Below, in pieces: positions 59,501-64,000 of a stretch of 64,000 nt of DNA. Both the position numbers and the translations under genes were made by a program. Each line of letters begins with the position of its first letter. The stretch's first letter is position 1. The stretch is from Anthoceros angustus. Its lineage: Eukaryota > Plantae > Anthocerotophyta. The stretch covers positions 310,001 to 374,000 of the forward strand of contig MU008177.1 of assembly GCA_010909165.1 (NCBI GenBank). Direction: 5' to 3'. The notes beneath the pieces were generated by a model that was given only the letters and a program-made list of their open reading frames with translations, searched no databases and was not told the origin of the DNA.

Positions 59501-59798
59501 AGACTGTGTAAAACAGAGATTGGGAAATTCGACTGCCTGTCTGCACCAGAATTTCCAGAGCCTTAACAGCGTCAGTGAGCTGCCCCTGCTGACATAGTTC
59601 CCTCACTGAAGCAGCGGTGACAATACTTTCGTATCCAGCCGCATCAGCATGTCCCGGCATCGCATCCACCCATGCTGACTTGTAAGCGCTGTTCACACGC
59701 GCGACCCCTCTGTGTTTCCGGTGTTCCCACCTCGCTGGAAGGTCCTTCTCCAACAAGACAGCTTCCTGCAGAATCTGAGCTAGTTGCAAAGCCGCCAT
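56580..59798 (-). CDS. PLS-class PPR protein (7 P1-L1-S1 sets plus P2-L2-S2, E1-E2), ending just after a PGQSWW box; probable C-to-U editing specificity factor
   Basis: Intact 1072-aa ORF with VVTW(T/N) P motifs; ends WKQPGQSWWTDMDGRVHSFVVGD*. Confidence 0.9.
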   Translation of the reverse strand: MAALQLAQILQEAVLLEKDLPARWEHRKHRGVARVNSAYKSAWVDAMPGHADAAGYESIVTAASVRELCQQGQLTDAVKALEILVQTGSRISQSLFYTVLKNVVRRDLVLGRRVHALTVKKGCESDPYLSNHILRMYASYGRLQEAMDVFTAVAKPDAFMWSSIISAHVRHGQAEQAIQLYHRMRSSSVEPDSHVFAAALQACARMSDLKTGQQLHADVLASGFEPDSFLRSGLVYMYAKCGSLEDAQGVFDGLGQKDVVTWTALIAGYSQQGKGQEALRLYRAMQQEGMVAPDSVTFVCLLQACASIGASVLNEGKQLHAQIRERSLQTDIVIANSLIHMYGKCGSIDNAQRVFDELVKKDVVTWTTLIAGYAHQGMGQEALHLYTAMREEGIASPNSVTFVSLLQACASVGSPALEQGKQLHAQIGQQGFQADLVLGCSLVNMYAKCGSLEDAHRVFDRLSQKDVVTWNAMIAGYSQQDMGQEALHLYSAMQEEGVTQPDSVTFVSLLQACASVGTSALKKGKQLHAEIQEKGLQGDVFVANTLLYMYAKCGSQDDAKSIFYQLVQKDVVTWNAMIAGYYQQGMGQEALHLYRIMRKEGVAVPDSVTFVCLLQACASMGALALVEGKQLHAQIEQQGLQADVHVANCLVNMYAKCGSLDCAQCIFDELAQKDVVTWTSLIGGYSQQGMGEEALHIYNSMQQEGIAAPDAVTFVCLLQACASVGPSALEKGKHLHAGIERQGLQDEVLVANTLVHMYAACGSLVDAHCLFDRLSEKDVVTWTTLIAGYSQQGMCQEALCLYGAMREEGITPPDSVTFVCLLQACANVAALNPGRQLHAEIEKRGLQGNVLVAVSLLDMYGHCGSMGEAQGVFDSLPERDIVAWNALIAGYTRQGDSELVFDLVHRMRQDGMQPDSVTLLSVLTVCSHAGLTEKGREYFEAISTQYGIPTTVEHHSCLVDLLGRAGQLDEALVVARAIPAVPPAGVWRSILCACQKWSNVEVALHAFKEAMKADKQDATAYVLMSNIYTGAKMWPEAQEMQARRIRRGAWKQPGQSWWTDMDGRVHSFVVGD

Positions 59799-60485
59799 TC
59801 CTCCACGCTTCGCCGCCTTCTAATAGTTCACACCTTGCAGTCGCTCGGGCGGGGGCTTTCTACAGTACATTGTGACACCCTCAATTCCTCTTTGTCGTCC
59901 TCTGTTTGATTGAAGTGCAACGCAGCAGCCATGATTCGCACAAGAACACGTCCAGACTCTGAACCCAAGACCGCAGTTGCACCCAAACTGCTAGGATCCT
60001 GTCCATATCCGCTTGAGCTAACAAGTCCTGTGCTGTACATACAGTTCCTTCATTTCCATTTGGCAACTGATGAACTAGTTTCTCCAAGGCTGGATTATAG
60101 TGAATTTGTATGTAACGTTGGTGATTACACCAAAATCATAATCTACTATGAGACCTTTGCATTGACAACTAAGTGCAAAGGATTTGAATCAAACCTTTTT
60201 TCATATCGTTGATAGGTTGTGCTCTTCTTCTTCTTCTTCTGTCCAGTACACTGTAGGTTGTAGGTTGCCTGTACGGTGTATGCGATGTGTGCAAGTGCTC
60301 TGCTGTTTATTTCTTCTTAGCGAGGTGGGTGCTATGCTGATGAAGTTATGCAGTCTGGTAAATGATGGAACTTGTCAGGATGTCTTGGTGTAGTCATCAA
60401 GGTTATGCAGTCTGGGAGATGACGCAGTGTCTCAGGGTGTTCTGCTGACTCTGTTGGCTTCCGGGCATACGGGACGTTGTGGAAC

Positions 60486-63449
60486 TTAGTCGGGCGGGTA
60501 TCCTTCCTTCTTCATTTGGGCAATAAGCTCCTTGAGCCTTGCATGGATGCCCTCGCTCTCGGCATGCTGTACATCCCCAACCACAAAAGTATGCGCTAGA
60601 CCATCCATGTCTGTCCACCAGCTTTGACCCGGCTGCTTCCATGCCCCGATAGCTTTTCTCCTCACCTGCATCTCCTGTGCTTCCTCCCACATCTCGGCAC
60701 CAACGTATATGTTTGACATTAAGACATAGGCTGCAGCATCCTTTTCGTCTAGCTTCACAGCTTCATCAAACGCATGGCGTCCGACTTCCACGTTGCTCCA
60801 CTTTTGACAAGCAGCCAATAGACTGCGCCAAACTCCAGCAAGAGGAAGTAAAGGCATTTTTCTCACCACCGCTAGAGCATCATCAAGTTGGCCTGCACGA
60901 CCCAGGAAATCCACCATGCACGAGTAGTGCTCCGCTGTTGGAGTTATGCCATACTGCCTTTCCATAGCGTGAAAGTATTCTCGCCCCTTATTTACTAGAC
61001 CAACATGACTGCACACTGTCAGTGCACTAAGAATTGTGATGCCGTCTGGCTGTACACCATCCTCAGCCATTCTGTGAACCAAGTCAAAGACCGCTTCGCT
61101 GTCTCCTTGACGGGTGTATCCTGCAATCAGAGTGTTCCAGGCGACAATGTCTCTTTCAATCAATGCATCAAACACCTGCTGTGCATGAACCATGCTGCCA
61201 CACTTTGCATACATGTTTATCAAGCTAACAGCTACAAAAATATCGGCTTCAAGTCCTTGTTCTTGAATCTCCGCATGAAGCTGCCTTCCCACATGCAAAG
61301 CGGCCACATTTGCACATGCCTGCAGGAGGCACACAAATGTCACAGCATCAGGTGGAGCAATCCCTTCCTCTCGCATGGCACTGTGCACACGAAGGGATTC
61401 CTGACCCATACCCTGCTGAGAGTATCCTGCTATGAGAGCAGTCCACGTCACAACATCTTTTTGACCAAGTCGGTCAAACACTCCCTGCGCATCCTCTAGG
61501 CTGCCACACTTTGCATACATGTTCACCAAACTGTTGGCTACAAATACATCTGCTTGAAGCCCTTGTCCTGCAATCTCAGCATGCAACTGCTTTCCCTTCT
61601 CCAAGGCTGGGGTGCCTGCAATTGCACATGCCTGCAGGAGGCACAGAAATGTCACAGAGTCGGGTGTAGAAATGCCTTCTTCTCGCATAGCACTATAGAG
61701 GTGAAGGGCCTCCTTACCCATCCCCTGCAGGGAGTATCCAGCTATCAGAGAGGTCCACGTCACCACGTCCTTTTGACGAAGTCCTTCAAACACCGTCCGG
61801 GCATCCTCTAGGCTGCCACACTTTGCATACATGTTGACCAAACTGTTGGCCACAAACACATCATCTTGGAGTCCTTGCTCTTTTATCCGTGTATGTAGCT
61901 GCTTCCCCTTGTCCAAAGCCGAGGTACCCACACTAGCACACGCCTGCAGGAGACACACAAAAGTGACAGGATCGGGTTCAGCGACACCTTCTTTTCGCAT
62001 AGTACTGTAGAGATGAAGAGCTTGCTGAGCCATACCCTGCTGAGAATATCCTGCTATCATGGCATTCCATGTCACCACATCCTTTGCATCAAGTCCATCA
62101 AACACACTCTGGGCATCCTCTAGACTTCCACACTTCGCATACATGTTTACCAAGCTACAACTTACAACCATATCAGCGCCAACTCCTAGCCTTCTAATCT
62201 CTGCATGAAGCTGCTTCCCTTTCTTCAAAGCTTCAGGACCCACACTAGCACACGCTTGCAGCAGGGACACAAATGTCACAGAAGTAGGTGCGGGATTCCC
62301 ACCTGCTCGCATAGCACTGTACAGACGAAGAGCCTCTTGACCCTGCCCTTGCTGGGAATACCCAGCTATCATAGAATTCCACGTCACCACATCTTTCTGA
62401 TCAAGCCCGTCAAACACCCGTCTTGCTTCTTCCAAACTTCCACACTTTGCATACATGTCCACCAAGCAACTACTTACAAACAAATGAGGCACAGCCCCAC
62501 TGGCCAACACATCCGCATGCACATGCTGCCCTGTCTTCAAGTCCGCTACCCTGGCACAAGCCTGTAGGGCTGCTACAAACACATGGCCATCTGGCTTCAC
62601 ACTTGACCTGCACATCTGATGATACAGCTGTATGGCCTTCTTAGCTTGACCTTGCTTGACATGCGCAGTGATGATGGCAGACCACATGAAGGCATCTGGT
62701 TTGTCAACCTCGGCAAACACTTCCATAGCGTCTTGCAACCTGCCATGGTAAGCATACATGCGCAGGATGTGTGTGCCCAGGAACGTGTCCGACTGATACC
62801 CCATTTCCACCGAGAAAGCATGCACTCGGCGACCCAAATCAAAATCCTTCTTGGCCACACATTTCTTCAGGACAGTATAAAATAGGGGGATGGAAATACT
62901 ACTGCCCGACCGCACCAGGAGTCCCAAAGCCTCCACAGCGTCAGCCACTCGCCCCTGCTGGCACAGCTTCGTCACTGTTTCAGCCGTGACGCCTCTTTCG
63001 CATCCTGCAGGCCGGGAACCAGAATCATCCGGCAAGCTAGAGCAGGAATTAGGGGCACGACGACCCATCTGTAAATCGAGAGCAGACAGCTGCGCATCCA
63101 CCCAGGCTGGTTTCTCGAAATTGTCAAGCCAGAGTACTTCGCGGGACTCCCTGTGCCGGAAGTGAGGGGGACGGAAGCTCTTCTTATCCTGCCTACTGTC
63201 CAACCACAGGGTGTCATCCGCAAAACATTGTCGCCACAACAGCTCCTGCCTCCCTCTCTTGCTGGAAGGTCTTTTTACAACAACTGGCCGCGCTGAGCTC
63301 GTTGCCAGGCTCCTGCTCCTCAGAGCTTTGTTTTTGAGGTTCCCTTGCCAAACAGGGGCACTTCCTGGATCAATTGGACTGTATCTGGTCCAGAAATGCT
63401 GATGCCTGAAGAGGCCCAGTCGCGCGCTGGCAACGACCCCGGTAGCCAT
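60486..63449 (-). CDS. PLS-class PPR protein (5 P1-L1-S1 sets plus P2-L2-S2, E1-E2-E+), PGQSWW type, no HxE deaminase motif
   Basis: First ATG at 63449 (MATGVVASARLG); ends PGQSWWTDMDGLAHTFVVGDVQHAESEGIHARLKELIAQMKKEGYPPD*. Confidence 0.9.
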   Translation of the reverse strand: MATGVVASARLGLFRHQHFWTRYSPIDPGSAPVWQGNLKNKALRSRSLATSSARPVVVKRPSSKRGRQELLWRQCFADDTLWLDSRQDKKSFRPPHFRHRESREVLWLDNFEKPAWVDAQLSALDLQMGRRAPNSCSSLPDDSGSRPAGCERGVTAETVTKLCQQGRVADAVEALGLLVRSGSSISIPLFYTVLKKCVAKKDFDLGRRVHAFSVEMGYQSDTFLGTHILRMYAYHGRLQDAMEVFAEVDKPDAFMWSAIITAHVKQGQAKKAIQLYHQMCRSSVKPDGHVFVAALQACARVADLKTGQHVHADVLASGAVPHLFVSSCLVDMYAKCGSLEEARRVFDGLDQKDVVTWNSMIAGYSQQGQGQEALRLYSAMRAGGNPAPTSVTFVSLLQACASVGPEALKKGKQLHAEIRRLGVGADMVVSCSLVNMYAKCGSLEDAQSVFDGLDAKDVVTWNAMIAGYSQQGMAQQALHLYSTMRKEGVAEPDPVTFVCLLQACASVGTSALDKGKQLHTRIKEQGLQDDVFVANSLVNMYAKCGSLEDARTVFEGLRQKDVVTWTSLIAGYSLQGMGKEALHLYSAMREEGISTPDSVTFLCLLQACAIAGTPALEKGKQLHAEIAGQGLQADVFVANSLVNMYAKCGSLEDAQGVFDRLGQKDVVTWTALIAGYSQQGMGQESLRVHSAMREEGIAPPDAVTFVCLLQACANVAALHVGRQLHAEIQEQGLEADIFVAVSLINMYAKCGSMVHAQQVFDALIERDIVAWNTLIAGYTRQGDSEAVFDLVHRMAEDGVQPDGITILSALTVCSHVGLVNKGREYFHAMERQYGITPTAEHYSCMVDFLGRAGQLDDALAVVRKMPLLPLAGVWRSLLAACQKWSNVEVGRHAFDEAVKLDEKDAAAYVLMSNIYVGAEMWEEAQEMQVRRKAIGAWKQPGQSWWTDMDGLAHTFVVGDVQHAESEGIHARLKELIAQMKKEGYPPD

Positions 63450-64000
63450 GATCAACCAATCGATCCAAGCCCGAGCTCCATTTCTCAAGATGCTGGACTC
63501 TCCGGTCCATATCCACACACAGTGTCGGAGACCGGATACCTTCTACCCTAATCCCATCCACCTCTTGCCAGAGCTCCTCGGCTGCTTGTGAATTCAATGT
63601 TCCTGCAACCCTTTTTTTCCTTGGCTGGGCCAAAGTTCGCCGTGCTCGCAGAGAGTGGGCAACAGCCAGAGTAAGGACCCGACCGAGCCCTTGACATGAC
63701 AACATTTCCAAGCATTGAAAAGCATGGCGTGCAATTGAGGATTTGGTATCAGTAGGCTTTGTTCGGCACATTACGATCAGACATCAGCATCTCTGGCTAT
63801 GCTACTTCGCAGTCTTAGCTTCGCACTGTGCTAAATCTGTGCCAGCTACGAAGAATCTGGTCGTGGAGGTAGGCTGCAGGGGGCCATGGATGTGTTCAGC
63901 TGGGTGGGCTAACCAATTGCCTTACTCTGGCTTTTCATAATCTCCGCACGCGGCATGGGAGACCTAATGAGGTGATCCACCTGCACCACGAAGTGCGATG

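Overview
Eukaryotic nuclear DNA from a land plant, most likely a hornwort (Anthoceros-like). This is inferred from short GT-AG introns, GC-rich genes, and PLS-class PPR genes of both the KPAxA...HAE...DRH and PGxSWW types. The left ~28 kb is transposon-derived. It holds two divergent copies of an unknown TE-associated ORF family and a decayed ParB-like plus amino-(N6A/N4C)-DNA-methyltransferase ORF. It also holds a CACTA left end with a ~98-bp array, a gag-like region caught in nested tandem duplications, and a hAT element with a perfect 8-bp TSD and an internally inverted transposase core. 28-33 kb is a cluster of broken genes (PPR, two inverted RING paralogs, RRP7, GH17/X8). The right half is gene-rich. 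It carries a CxxC-less SelW/Rdx-type gene head-to-head with a DYW:KP (DRH) PPR that is a candidate U-to-C editing factor. It also carries a double-trihelix TF, an AT-rich single-DUF26/Gnk2 secreted protein, a bHLH IVc (ILR3-like), a cyanobacterial-type LpxB-like glycosyltransferase, and a tandem pair of long PLS-E+ PPR genes that end before the deaminase motif. All homology calls are from motif recognition by eye; no database searches were run.
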